Source: Lingula anatina
Taxonomy: Eukaryota; Animalia; Brachiopoda
DNA: 64,000 nt
Direction of reading: 5' to 3'
Assembly (NCBI GenBank): GCA_051362555.1
Contig: CM120645.1
Coordinates: 6,758,001-6,822,000 of the forward strand
In this document: piece after piece, positions 27,423-62,350 of the stretch
Numbering within the stretch: position 1 is the first letter of the stretch
Layout of the letters: each line of letters begins with the position of its first letter
Translations under genes and position numbers: made by a program
Notes under the pieces: generated by a model
What the model saw: only the letters and a program-made list of their open reading frames with translations
What the model was told of the DNA's origin: nothing
Database searches by the model: none

Positions 27423-27767
27423 TTAAAGGGATAATAACTCTTCGTTTCGGCCAAAAAATGAATTTTCCTGGAGTAAACAACAATTTTCCCATACTTACCA
27501 ATGGTTAATGAATCCATTTTAACATTCAAAGTTAGTCCCTGGTTTTTTTCTAAAAAGTTTGGCTTTTTGTTAAAATCTCTTAAGAGATTTTAACAGAGTA
27601 TAGCCATCAGTGGAGGTCACGTGGCCTAAAGACAAGCTCAGATATCAGAATAATAGCTATAACTGCCGTTTCTGTGGTAAAACAGAATATATTATATTTC
27701 TATGAGTTATTCACAATGTTTTTATTGTGAAATATAGATCTCATACGAAGAGTTATTATCCCTTTAA
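27423..27767. mobile_element. Non-autonomous TTAA-target DNA transposon (MITE; Kolobok/piggyBac-like target site)
   Basis: Perfect inverted ends TTAA-AGGGATAATAACTCTTCGT ... ACGAAGAGTTATTATCCCT-TTAA, with TTAA flanks and no internal ORF. Confidence 0.8.
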
Positions 27768-30700
27768 ATCTTTAATTTCCATTTTTGCTAATTTTTTAAA
27801 ACTTTCCTAAACCTAATACCTACAAAAAAGGAAACAACTTTTTGCTGATAATTTTTTTTTTTTTTTTTGTAATTTCACTTATATTGTAATTATTTTTTAC
27901 TCCAACATGGATTCGACTACTTAAGTTTTGATTAGAGTTCTGCTCTTTTTCGTTCCTTTAGATAGAAAAAAATTAGATAACTGTCTTTAAATAAAGTACT
28001 TTCATGCCCGCTCTTTTCCAGGACGGGAGGAAAAAGTCGACATTTTCACAAAGCTTTCACGGGAATCTTACAATGTATAAAATGACAGCCCATTGACTCA
28101 GCTTGTGAATACACAAGATCACCCTGTAACCATACAAATGAAGTGGCGATTTTATATGAAAATTATAATTATTATACATCCTATTCATAACTACGCTGTA
28201 TTAAACATATTTAACTTCACATTTTCGGTCTGATTGCATTATACATAAATTTGCAAGCATTGCTTATAATCATTGTGTTTTTTGTCACAGCTAACGCAAT
28301 GTGAACTCAAGTCAACATTCATAGCCGCAATGGGTTAGTCAATTTGTATTAAATAAAATATATTGTTTCTTTCTGCCTATACAGTATTGGTCTTTAGTGC
28401 ATTTACGTACACATTGCTAATGTCAGTTTTTTTCTTTAATATATAAGCTCATTTTGCAATCTATTTTGCTAAAGCTTTTTAATAAGACTTGTTTCATCTT
28501 GTAACGTTTACAAAAACGGCAAGATACTAAAACATTTCAACAGTCTGAATACGTACATACATATATATATACGTTATTTCAGATGTAATGGAACAATACA
28601 AAGCTGGATTTAAATTGCCACAGCTACATGTACAGACACGAAGATTTTTACTGGAACCAGAAAATGGCGTTATCTCTGGACAGGGAATTGTATCATACAT
28701 GTATACTCCCATGCTCTGGAGTACTATCCAACACATCGTATAGGCCTATCGCAGAAACCGAACACATGGAAAGGACGGTTACATAACTTCATTCAGGACT
28801 GCAGGGGTGAGTGGGAGGGAGGGGGGGGGGGGAGGGGCAAGATCACATACCACCAACCCCAGAGATCTTTTTCAAAATATTGTTTTTGGAGATCTTTGCA
28901 ATTTACATGTAGCCTTTCCCTTTCCCCCAGTCCATCAGAAGCTGCTTGTTTTCCTTTTAGTCAGCATCTAAACAAGCACTAAAGACGGTACAAATAATTA
29001 ACCTGCTTGCGTGTATTGAAGGACTGCCTTCAAGAATTGACTCAAGGGTTTTTAACAACCAACGTCCCTGTCATTGCCGCGTATTCGATGTTTTCATACC
29101 ATTCAATATCGTTTTACACAATAAAAATCAATATATGTAAACGACTAACGAGGTATAATTTCGACCACCCTGTGCTAAATTTCTGTACTATTCTTATTGT
29201 ACAAATCTAGAGGCAGCAACTCAGTACAATTTACCTTTTTTTTCGCAAAAATGAATAATCACAGCAATTGAAATGGGCTCATAATTAGGCTGTATTCCTT
29301 CTTTAACGTGCAAATTACCCACAAACTTTCCATTTCAAAATACCCAATTCCGAACCGAAAACCTTAGTTCTAAACCTGAATCCTCGTAACAAAAAGCGGA
29401 TTATTCTCAAAATGATTCGACCCTTCCACGTCGACTCCTATTTTTCATTAACCATCAAGCTAGCAGTAGCGGTTATCTTCAGTCTTGTGATGCGTTTTGA
29501 TTTGTGTTGGTCTGTGTAAAGAAATACAATTTAAGCTGCTGACTTCGCTTCTAATTTGTTTATCCCGATTCCGACTTTGTCTCTAGGGGAAACCCTATTG
29601 AATATGCAGAAAACGTACAATATCTGATGGACATCATGAAGAATGGCATGATGGTAATCATGCACTCGCCAACCTTCTCTGAATATTAGATAATATTACT
29701 CAATCTATTTTAACGTAGATTCATATTGATGACATTTCAGCTCAAAGATAACATCAAATCGACAGATATGATAAGAGATACATTTTTATCTAAAACACTC
29801 CTTAATTTTAGCAACGGGGCATTTATTCTTTGAAAATTATCTGATCAATAATAAAAATGTCGGGTTTGGCAGACAGGTGTGAATTTACATTATTGTGTTA
29901 GAGGTGCCAATGTGAACGCAATTGAATGGGGCACATGAGAACTGTACCTGAGAAGTGAATCCACTTTCACTGTCACACCTAGCGTGTATCACTTACGTAT
30001 GAGAAAAAATTACCCATAAACAGACAAACGCAATAGATTCGTAAGTACGTCGGTACACGTTCGCACATCAGGAGGGCATGAGAATGTTCTTAAATAATTC
30101 CATAAGCTGTTTGTATCTTCAGTTAAATACGCTGGAAACAAGGTGGTTTTGTACGTATAATCGATGCCACATACGATACTCATACGTAGTCTTTACGCTA
30201 GTGTGACAGAGCCTTTAGATTTGACGTGCATGATCCAGCCATATTTCTTAAAAACACTGACATTGTGATGATTTTTAAACACCGAGCGTAATGTTTGGAC
30301 CAGTCCAATTGGTGCGATACAGAAAATTGTACCGCACGGACGTGAATATGATTAAGTCCGTCCTTATTGGTAATTGGGCCTTTATTGTAAATCGTTCACT
30401 CTCTCAAGTAAGAAGTGTCTTAACACTATATCAAAATTTAAACAAAACCACCTAGCAGCAACATAAAAGGTCATTTATCATAAAGCATTCACTTTACCTA
30501 CTACATGTATTGCTACCATGATAATCTTTAATATATAAAGCAGATGCCATGACTTATACTGCAGAGTTCAAACAGCTGTTTGTGTTCAGTGTTGGTATGT
30601 TTGACTATCACGTCAAGTGTACTGACGTCCTTGGGCGCTCCGCTCTGGTTCATCTATCAAATCTATCCAAATTAGATCAGTTGGACTGATCCAAAGGAAC

Positions 30701-32267
30701 AATCAAATCAGATTTAAATACATTGTAAGCGCCGTTCTTGACGCCAATATTCCTACTCGACAAACAAATAGCTAGACCATTAAATACAGTAGCAACAATT
30801 TGAATCGGAGTGGGCACATAATTTTTTTGACCATCCCAAACAAATTAAGTTATTTTAATAACAAATGGGAGGGGAGTGAGTGAGTGAAGGCTTCCAACTT
30901 TTTAGGATTTATTGCAATTAACAATATCGTGCTTGCAATAACATAATTTCGAATGATTATAGTGAGCCCAAATCCGTCTGATCAATCTTTAGGTTGGTCC
31001 AATTGATCATTCTATAAATACGCTCTATGACGTGCTCGCGCCCGCGCGCGCGCGTGTGTGTGTAGTGTGTGGGTAGTGTGTACGCTTTCACCCAGCTATA
31101 GCGTGGCGCCCCACGTGTGTTCCCCATCATGCACAAATTGATTGATATACACTATTGATATCATCTCTACAAGTTCCTGATTATACCAGTCAGGAGTTAA
31201 TTGTTTTAACAGAGCTACTAAATGATAACAAATATAATGAGCGGGTAAAAGCACCCTGAGTTTCAAAGGCCTGTGGGATTTTTTCCTTTATACCTTGAAT
31301 CCAGTATCCAGCTATGGGATGCTAATTGGGCGACTTGCCTGTGATCTTTGATGCTCATGGTAGGTAAAACGTAATTCCGAAAGAAATATTTTGGTAGTGT
31401 TATTTTAGAATTCACCACTTTCATATTACAATCACATACTTTTTGACTGAAAAATGTCTATATAAGAGTCTTAATGCTGCTGGAATGTAAGACATACCTC
31501 TCTCCCTCTCTCTCTCCGCATAGAACCGCCCACACATTCATTTCAAACAGTAGGTATCAAATCGTAATCGGATAACTCTGATAATTCCGATAGAGGTAAT
31601 TCAGCATCCAGATCAGTAACTAAACATTTTGATATATTGCAAGCCGAAATTTATAGCCCCTCCTTTGAAGCTTAGAGTTCTAGTCTGTGTAGACCAGTGT
31701 ATTCAGTGTAACAGTGCAAAATTTCGCCTGTTGTGATAGCTTAACTAATATTTTACTGCATTTTACTGATAAATCATGTATTGTGGAAAAAAACTGTTAT
31801 CATAATGCCGATTTATGATACTTTCAAAGGCAAAGATACAGTGTATGACAATACCGATATATGTAATTAAGTGAAACAGAATAATTTTGTATCATTCCAC
31901 GCGATATTTCATATATACTGCATGTAGCTATTTATTATATCCATCGTTTACTTGTCAGATGTTGTAAATATGCCAAGAAATACATGTATGCCATGGAAAA
32001 GAGAATTTATCATGTTAATCAGTTTACTGTTTCTGTCACATTTGGGCTAAATTTAAAACATGTCATATGCTGTTATATTGCTGTGTGACTTGTTATTGTC
32101 ATTCACTGGCACTCTGGCAGAAAAATTGCTAAAAATAATCAAACTGATTTTGTTCCTGACAATTCCTCGTTCAGTTTTACAAACAATTAACATCCACTGA
32201 AAAATTTACAAAATTGCAGTGTCACTTTAATTTAATATTTTTACTGCTGTTGTACATGTACGATCTT

Positions 32268-32371
32268 TAAACTGTATCTGTATAAATAACGTTCTTGTAC
32301 TGACGGTTTTATGTCTTATCGTAAACTGTATCTGTATAAATAACGTTCTTGTACTGACGGTTTTATGTCTT
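32268..32371. repeat. Exact tandem duplication, 54-bp period (2 copies of 50 bp)
   Basis: TAAACTGTATCTGTATAAATAACGTTCTTGTACTGACGGTTTTATGTCTT at 32268 and 32322. Confidence 0.9.
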
Positions 32372-33048
32372 TTAAGTGTCAGTCTATATTTTTACCCTTA
32401 TTTGAAATATACCTCTCCTGAATCTCATGATTATTGAGTTTTCTTCTATGTATCGATCGTCTATTGCGACATGCAATCCTCGATCTTATGCCTTAACAAA
32501 TATCGACAAACAAACTTCTTAGAAAATCCAGACATCACTATCCTATCGTTTGAATTAACTCTCTTGACGCGTTCACACACGACTAGCTGAGATCGCAATT
32601 TGCCGACCTATAATTTAGAGACTTCTCCGTCTCAGCCAGTGTTAATTGCAATCAAGACCGCGGCTGCGCAGCACGTCGTAAAACATCCAAGTGATTTTCT
32701 TATTGGTTTGAGAGCGATCGGTCATGGAGTTCAAATGATTGTGATAAACGCTTTTGAGACAGCTCCTTCGATCTTTCGATGCAGACAGAGATAATCGTGG
32801 ATAATAAGTAGTGAATGCGGTTTAAGTGCTACTCCAGTAGTCACGCCGTCTTACTACTTACATATAAAATCAATACTGTTTATATCTTGACTTCGGGGAA
32901 AAACTTAAGTCATACTGTACTGGCATATATCAGTCAAATTTCCATCCTGAAACTTGAGGTCCCTTAGTGTAAATGAGGGGATTTTAGACCATCCAGTAGT
33001 GTTAAAAAGTATCTCACACGCTATGATGACGTTATAAAGGCTGGTGGA

Positions 33049-33086
<38 letters not shown>

Positions 33087-34449
33087 AGAGAGAGAGAGAG
33101 AGAGAGCTGACGATGAAAGGAAAGAGAAATGATGGATGAATGGATGAAGTCAAAGACAGTCGCAGAAAAGGAATGAACAAGGCTGTCAGTTTTACAGCAG
33201 ACTTCTCCCCACGAAATACACAATGCAATATTTCCATTATCATTATCATTATCTAAATTTCTTGAGGGAATGTTGGCCAAATCTTGTGTCACTGACAGCA
33301 ACAGACAAATGTGACACAAGTGGCTGGGACCTCCAGGCAATGGAAAACGTTACCCATGCTCATCCTGAAGAGTAGTCCGGTGTCTTAGAAGAATGATAGA
33401 CGTACCAAATAGCTTAGTCGCTCAGAGTGAAAGTTCTAGCAAGCGACTGATGCGGGCTTTACACATATACCATGCAAATATTCGATATGCCTGCAAATTT
33501 CATTATTTATAAAATGATGTCGATAAAGCTGCACATCTATCGCTTACAGTTAACCTTATTCCTAGTATGGCTAACAAAATTACTTAAATGTATATTTACC
33601 TTCAAGGATCCGAAGCGGGGAATTTTGTGTCACGAGTCATCATCTGCTTTTCTGTATAATGTGAGGTCTGTCAATCGGAGTAGATGTAGATGAGACGGAA
33701 TTTTGGAAGGAGAATGAAAGCAAGCAAGCCACGTGGGTAAATGTAACCGCAATGGATGATTCGCCTCCACACCATCACATGCTTTCCTCGACACGAGCTG
33801 TCACATGGATTCGGCGGAGTCCCATTATTTATCGAGATCGGGCACGTAAAATAGGATGGAATACTACGTCACATATCTCATGATGCTGCAGGCTTCAGGC
33901 TCTTCCTGGAATCGGGCGACCGAAGCGCCTCTATGAATGAACGAACAAATTGTACATGCATAAGGGTGGCCAGAATGAGTTCCAGTGCAGTTCCTATATA
34001 AAGTATGTAGTATATCGGATCATGCCGATAAAGATAACGAGGACATGCTTGATAGCACACAATAAAAATCCCCCTATTTTTATTGATTTGATCAGGAAAG
34101 TGGGATGTAATCTTGATAGGATGAACAAACTGAAACCTTTTACAAAACAAAGGAGTTGTGTACGGCAGGGGTACGTATTTCGCTTGTTTGCATCAATATT
34201 TTACCCTGTCTTATGCTTTAAACATTTGTCTAGTGAAAAAAAACTTTTTCCAACGTCAACGTCAAAGCACTCCGTATCGTCTCATTGACTAGAACTGAAT
34301 AGGGGTCTTATAATCACATGCCACGTAGAGCTATCTTCGTACGATATGTAAATCAAATCATTGTTGAATAAATCGTTAGTAAGAAACAGAAGGAACATGA
34401 AAAAATAACTCAAACAAATATTATAGAAATAAAGGATATAATCAGGCTA

Positions 34450-34455
34450 TTTATT
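34450..34455 (-). terminator. Probable polyadenylation signal of the PLC gene
   Basis: AATAAA on the minus strand about 750 nt after the stop, followed by a U-rich tract. Confidence 0.45.
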
Positions 34456-35199
34456 CAAGGAAGATACAATTAGAGTTCTTTCAGCATTCGAAGTAATAAT
34501 AGTCATCTCAAGACCTGCTTGTACGCTCCGAATATCTTGTCTAAACCTACACAAGTAGACACGTGAAATACTGACATCAAAAGTAAAACGAAGAAATAGT
34601 ATTAAGAAAACCAAAATAAATTTCGGCAAAACACAATATCTTCTGTTCACCTGAAAATTAAAAACAAGGAATGATTCCAATATGATAGTTTTATGTCCAC
34701 GTACATCTACATAAGAGAAATCAACGACATGACGTTTATGCGAAAAATTCTACAGCGTATTAAGAAAGATATAGTGGCAGTAAGCTTATTGTCCGTCTAG
34801 TGCAGCAATAATTCACTGATGAATTTAAGCGGATATTTTGGGAAATATTGGAAACGTGTTGCGAAGCATACGCTACACTTGCTTACAAGTACCTACTGTA
34901 TCATGACAATTGTTTTATCCAATTATATGTCCTGGGATGGGGACATTTTGAACACACTGGCTTCTTTTTGAGAATATGTTTGAGAACATTTTGAGTTATG
35001 TGTTACTTATATAAGAACATCAACAAAGTTTAAGCTGGGTTTTTGGAAAGCCCATATTCTAAACCTTAACATGTAATCCAACCTAGCAGATGCTTTTCTT
35101 GAAAAAAAAATGTCACCGCAAGAGAGAAACGCAAAGAGGCGCATTTCTCTTTCAAATTACTTATTGCCAAATGTCGCCACCAGGAATGTCAAGACAGTC

Positions 35200-55540
<20,341 letters not shown>

Positions 55541-57396
55541 GGTGGCGCTTTCCAATGTGTTTAGCTTAACGTCGCTGTGTATAACTATACTGTACAACAC
55601 AGGTCACTTGCCGAATCGTTTTAAGCACTGGAGGATCGACCTAGACTGCTTAATGTACTAGAGTGACAAGGAGGGGGAACGTGTACGAATTTCGGTAGCG
55701 GAACGATTTATTGTTATGGTTGGCATCTCTGATTCCAGATGGACGTATAGCAACAGCTTGTTACTGTGGCATATCGCGCGCATTTTTACGTCTTGTATGC
55801 CATTTCTCTGGCCTTACGAGTAAAGGGCACCCTTTTACATACATCAGTTTGACGCCTATGTTTAGCAGTTTTAGTAGGAGAATAATTTGATAGAATTTCT
55901 GATATGAGCTACGCCGACGATGAAATTTAACTGTCAGAACATCTTGTGGCACAAAATAATATACACGCAAAATACAAACATACACAAAGCCATATCAGAG
56001 TGACGAGAAAAAAAAAATGAAAAAAATGAAAATACACTTTGGTAAAAGAGTGGGGAGAACAAGGGCAGACGACGAAAGGTGAAAATAATGGATAGCGCTT
56101 GTCAAAAATAAATCTCAAAATCAGAGGTAAATCTGTAATAATGAGATCAGTATGTTCTAGAGGAAAGCAATTTTATTCAAACTCGACACATGCAGGCAGG
56201 GAGACCTAGAAATGAACATCCTTTTCAGTTCGCCATTTTAATAGATCGCTACAACTGACGGCGAGCATTTTCAAAATGCCACTTGCATCATGCTAGAGCT
56301 AACATGCCCTATATTATACGCAGGATTAGAGGACTCTGCACTGAATTCCTTGTAAACTAATTGTTGGCTAGACCATCAGGTGATCTCAGTTCTGTTCAAA
56401 CGAATTCAATAGCCTGTATTTCTACAAGCCCGGTAGCATTCGCAGGTACAGAAAAATAAAACAAATGGCAGTGTGCCTAGGAGAGGAATCCTGATACCTA
56501 TACCATAACGCAAAAAATGCCTACAACATATATTTATTCATCTTCCTCAGATGGAGGCACGTTGGCACGCGTCTGTATCGTTTCCTTCCCACTATCGGTT
56601 AAAACTAGTGATGATTTATTGTATCTTCGATTCTATGCAGGTAGATCAGCGATGCTAACGAGATCAGCATATTTATCTATGTTATTTTTCATTATTTCTT
56701 CAGCTGCATTCTCTATCACTTAGATTAAAACTCCCGTTACCAATTTACATTTATTGAGGGTAGATTGATAAAGTTGACATTAACCTTCTCCCAAGTTGAC
56801 ATCGTATGACGGTTGCTTTGTGTTTACTTCACGGCTCACTGCGTTCTAGAATGAGCAAATTAGCTAAATGAATGCAAATACGCATAATCTACGCGGGCTT
56901 CGAGAAGATTCAGTTGCCCGAAGATGCTATGCTACTGCAAATGACACGGTAAGCAACCACTCGATACATCCACGCAGTTTGAACTATTAAAATGATATTG
57001 CCAACCCTACGTCTGTAACGCGTTATTTTCTTTCATGGTGCATTTAAATGCTGACAAAAATACACTCTCTTTTTAACAAATAGTCGTACAAATAAACGTT
57101 GAATGATGATCCAGCGAAAGGCTTGGTGGCAGGTTGACAGGTGAGCCATTCATTAGTAGCTGTGTTGAAGCTAAGCGTTAATAATGAAGATGTATTGCGT
57201 GAAACTTGCCGGTCCATAGGGGATTGCACAAAGACAAAAACAGGGTTTGTAAGCTTAACCTTTGCATTACAAAGGAAAAGCACAATGGAATAAAGATGCT
57301 AGAAATTTCGATTGGTTGATTGGTTTCTAAACAAATGTAAAACGCGTAAACCACCTACTAATGGTGCACCTAACTCAAGATCCGTCATAGAGACCA

Positions 57397-57608
57397 TTCC
57401 CACGGATATTTAGATCGATCTATCCCCCTGGGGAATCTCACTAGATTGGTGTCAGCTTAACCGGTTTAAATATCTGTCCCGCCTACTAAAAGCTGTAAGG
57501 GAGTAATTAACTTTTGTGCGCGCTCGGCTCCCGGAAGCTGACAGCAATTTAGCGTGAACCCCCAGGGAGTTAGGGTTATCCAGATGGATCGATCTAAATC
57601 TGTGGGAA
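57397..57608. mobile_element. Degenerate palindromic/MITE-like element
   Basis: TTCCCACGGATATTTAGATCGATC..CCCCTGGGGA..GTCAGCTT pairs with AAGCTGAC..CCCCAGGG..GATCGATCTAAATCTGTGGGAA. Confidence 0.6.
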
Positions 57609-58436
57609 CCCAGTCATAAAGATGTCGAAACCCATGTGAAGAGATAACTCACTTATTTCGAATTCGAAATAACAAACGCCATTTAATCACTAAGACAGGA
57701 GGCCGTAAATTATATAAGCAACTAAAACGTACTGGTTCTATTTTTTTCTTCTGTATTTCTTGAGTAAACAAACATTATCAAACTACATGTAGAAATGACT
57801 TTTGGGAGGGCCGCACTATCCTCATTTATAATTGATTAATCAATCAATCAGTTAATTAGTTAATGGTATCGCCACTTATATCTTATCGGATCTGGGTTAG
57901 CCCATTTAAAATTAATCGTGAAATTTTTATCAAAATCTGTCGGTAACTTTTTGGGTTATGCCGTTTTACTTTAAACTAACGAAACTGACGAGCTGAAACG
58001 AGCTGAAAGGCTTGGACGTACGAGAAAACAGTTCTAACACCGAATGCCAAATTGACAAAAAAGTTGTAGCAGTGCCGTTGGAAAAAAATTCCTCGACACT
58101 ACTAGTAATTTCTAAGCCTGGGCTTTAAAATAACACAAGTTTCCTATTAAGCATTTATGTAAAAAAGAACTTTCCTTCTGTCGACACAGAGATGCAAGCA
58201 ATAACGATATACAATCAATTTCATTTATTTGTCATCCTTCAAAAACTTCAGAAAGTAACCGGCGAAGTATCTATCATCTGTGCGGCAATACACCTTATCT
58301 GTCAAATCCAAGCAATGCTTCATTTTTTAAACTCAAAATGCGCAAAACACCGCCGACGCGTGGTAAATGAATATGATATATTTTGTCTTTTAATCAGGCG
58401 TTAATGCCGAGATCAATGTCAAGTAGTGAGTAATGC

Positions 58437-58478
<42 letters not shown>

Positions 58479-59040
58479 AGCTACCGTACCTTTCTACATT
58501 TATTAGTCAGGTGTATTTTAAACGGTCATATCTCGGAATTTTTAAAAGTCTAGGCGCTCCACTTTTTGTTATATTGGTGGATGTCGGATACCGGTCGTTA
58601 AACCTCAGTGATTGATCGCAGTTACGATCAGTGACTTTAGCAAGGATGATTAGAGGATCGTTAAGCTGCTTGTCTTACGTAATTTCTCAGCGTTCAGACG
58701 GAACTCTAGAAGACGAGCTTTCTTGATTAATTTGAGTCTATAAGGAAGGCATTTCAGACTCAATGTTAAATGTCTACACGAAAAAGCATTTAAGCTCAAA
58801 CCTGCGTTACTTTACAATAGATAAAATGAGGGTGTTCACTGGGAAATGTTATGATCTATATACTAAAAGATTTCTTTTGTCCCCCCCCCCCCCCCCACAC
58901 AAAATTCCCGAAATAAGAATTTATTATTTCAATTAAGTACAATGATATTTTATGCTAAAAATTTGTATTTTGTCTACGTTTCCAGAGCATGAAAGAGAAC
59001 TGAAAATTTACGTAAATCATCATATGAGACAATGAACTAC

Positions 59041-59129
<89 letters not shown>

Positions 59130-60660
59130 AGACAGACCTCGCCATTCTCATGGGGAAATGAGACCGGACAAAAATCCCTGAAAAACAGCATATACAAACT
59201 TGTATCAATATCCACAGCAAGGCCTCGTTTTCAGCGATTTTCTCTTGCAATAATATTGAGAAAAGTATCTGGCAACGGGATCACTTTGAGACGTATAGCA
59301 TCTTAACTGGGTTTCAGCCAATATTTCAATGCACACTAAATATACACTAGACACTTTGAAAACGGTGATTTATGACAAACAATTACCACTCTAAAATTTC
59401 CTTTGTTTTCTTTAAAACTTCCGTTGCAAGACGAAATAGGTCTTAAGATAAAAGCTTTTACTTGTATTGTTTTGAACGTAAGCAAACAAAAAACAAAACA
59501 TGAAGCTTTTGATCCTACTGACTATTCACCTACACGTTTCACCCCAAGGCCATGCCCCCTCCGCGGAAAAAAGAAAATCTTATTTTGATGGCCTGACAAG
59601 TTTATACTTTTACAGAGCTCATTACTGGACACTAGACCCAAAAAAAGCCCCCTCTTCCCTTTTTCTATGTTTTTTTCACATTGCTGCCCAGAGAAGCATT
59701 TACCTGCCTGAGATGTTTAATCTGCATGAGAACGGAGGAAAACACAATCACTGCATCGGGGCTCATTTTACATCAAAGTTTTCCGCACTTTACTGAACAC
59801 ATGCGGGTATCTACAATATCGACTACTGTCAAAGGAAGACAAGAAAAAAAGAAAGCTCGTCTGGGATCAATCCACCAATAATGGAAGACAATTAATCTAT
59901 CGTCTACTTAATTAATATATAATTATAATTGATTGTCATTTATATCATTTTCATTGCTTAGCAATCTATTGTTACAAAAAGTATACCGCAGAATGTTGTT
60001 CTTCATAAGTGATATCGTTTTACTTATCATGTTTTTTTTTACGCGATGGAAATTGTCTTTGGAAGAAAGAAACAGTATTTACCCAAAATACAGGTGTGTC
60101 TTTTACGCGACAGAAAAGATAATAGAGATCACATGTAAAAACAAAATGGATGAAGGTTTGCCTGTTTGTGGCTCGCGGTAAAATGTTTGTGGTATTCAAA
60201 ATAAACAGCCTGAATATCGTTACAGTCGTTAAAGGGAAAATCTCAAATGGTTTTTTTTCACAGGTTTCCTGCATCGATGTTAATGTGCTAATAATACTTC
60301 AGAGTCTTCTATTTTCTATTTTTATCTGTCATTTTGTATTGTTGATAATTGTTGAGGCCGATGGGCCGTTTGACCCAAAGCTTAAGAATAATGCAAAATG
60401 CTAAAGTAGCCGACAGTATGGCACCTAGGAAATAAGGAAAAACTTAAACCATTGTCCGCCATGATTTCCATTAGAGAAACATTTGAAAGGAGGATCATGA
60501 CTAAAGAGAGGAGTACACAGATTATATTGTTCAACGCCGATATAGAGCACCTTCGCAATTTAAATTCACAAATGCACAATTCAGTGCAACATCTTATTTA
60601 CAAATGACAAAATAGACAATTTAGAGAAGCCACAAACAATGCATCAAGCACACAACAATG

Positions 60661-60844
60661 AGAGCATTCCGAACAGCGGACTAACAAATCCGCGGATCAA
60701 ATATGGCGACCCACTAAAAAGCTTGCCGCTCAATTCTCGATTAGACACTGAATAGATTCTCCGAGAGGATTAAGCAATAAGCGTTCAATGTGGGTCGATC
60801 ATATTTGATCCGCGGATATGTTAGTCCGCTGTTCTGAATGCGCT
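60661..60844. mobile_element. Foldback/MITE-like element with ~55-bp inverted arms
   Basis: AGAGCATTCCGAACAGCGGACTAACAAATCCGCGGATCAAATATGGCGACCCAC versus GTGGGTCGATCATATTTGATCCGCGGATATGTTAGTCCGCTGTTCTGAATGCGCT (few mismatches). Confidence 0.75.
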
Positions 60845-62242
60845 AAATGGTTTATTTTTCACCTCAAAGCGCTGCGAGGCTACTGACACCGTCTGTGCGT
60901 CTCGAGAACTCCCAAAAACAATAGTCACTTCGTGATAACGTGATGAAACGTTTGAAGTCTCAGTCGCTCCCCAGTGTTGATCCTGGTTCAATTAGTTCTC
61001 TCCGGATAACTTTATTTAGGGACAACTCAAAGAAACCTAGCCGTGTCTCTCTGCCGGTTGAGAGGTCTGTTGCACGCTTCCCTGGCGGACATGCATTAGT
61101 TTTGGCAGAAATTAAAGGACATAAAGGTATCCTGTCCGTAATTTTTCCGCCAAATCAAATTTACCTCGAGAAAAAAAGCAATTTTCGCCTTCTCACTAAT
61201 CATTGCTCTATCCGCCCCTGCACTTGGGATTGATGTTTTATATCATTCCTAATTAAATAATTGAAGTTCTCAACGTCTGGCCGTGTTTTACAACCGCCAT
61301 GGTCATGTCTTCTTGTACATTTTATTTGGAAATATCGAGAGCAGGTACTTAAATTTAGCTTTTTTTATTTCGTTTAAAGGTCTGAATTGGGAAAGTTGGG
61401 TTACTGTACGGGATATGTAAATACGGTTAATATGACTTTGGGGCATTCATTTTCAAACGCATATTGCATATCCTTTAACTTATAACAATTTTGCTGACTG
61501 ATCTGTATATACATATATATTTATTAATTAATCCATTATGTTTCAATTCAAATATAGAAGGAAATAAAGGTAGAAAATTTATGAAAGAAATGACAATGGC
61601 TTTACTGACGTAAATATCGCCACAAAGCATATACTGGTACAAGAGAGCACAGTATTACATAACAACAGAAAATATCGTCTACTCGTTCAGATAATTAATG
61701 ATTTTAAAAATATGGGAAGACTTTTTAATGAAAAAATGTCAGATAAACAAAAAGAAGGTGAGAAATTACATTCACCTTCACTTACGATAATCAATATTGG
61801 TGTAAAAACAGTCGTTTTTGCCCAGTTCTCGTGAAATACGTAATTTCCCTAAGGGGCGCCTTGGTGAGCATCGCCTTCTGTTCGCTCGGCATTATCAGCA
61901 CATATCTTAATACGGTGTCAATTATTCTAAAGTAAAATTAATGCCTTGGAGTTGGGAAATTCAGAAGGGAGTTTGTCTGTGATGTAAGCAATATATGTAA
62001 ATGGCAGCAAATTGTTTCAGTGCCATTTCAACTTCAAAGGGCACCAAACGGAGATCTACTTTAACAATACATGTACCCGACCGCTGCTCGCATTGACATT
62101 TGGCGAAAAGTTGTCGCTTGTTAATATATAATAAGAACTGTTAAACTAGCCTGATGATCAAAACGACCCTCTCTTGTTAAAATTCACCTGATTTACGATA
62201 TAAAGTCAGGGTTAATGGCACTGACAAAGGGTTAAGTGATAC

Positions 62243-62350
62243 TTACGTCATTCCTGGCTGTATTACGTCATTGCCTTTCCTGGCTGTGTTACGTCATTGC
62301 CCATCCAGGCTGTATGACATCATTCATATTTTCAGGCTGTTTACGTTATA
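62243..62350. repeat. Short degenerate tandem repeat (~20-26 bp) of TTACGTCATT..GGCTGT
   Basis: 4-5 units, each carrying a TTACGTCA/TGACATCA ATF/CREB-like core. Confidence 0.65.

Noticed and set aside
31481-31500. TGGAATGTAA resembling miR-1 (and CTTGGCACT at ~22533 resembling the miR-96/263 seed)
   Set aside because: The matches stop after the seed region and no complementary hairpin arm is evident.
60940-61233. 97-aa plus-strand ORF upstream of PLC
   Set aside because: No recognisable domain or supporting exon chain.
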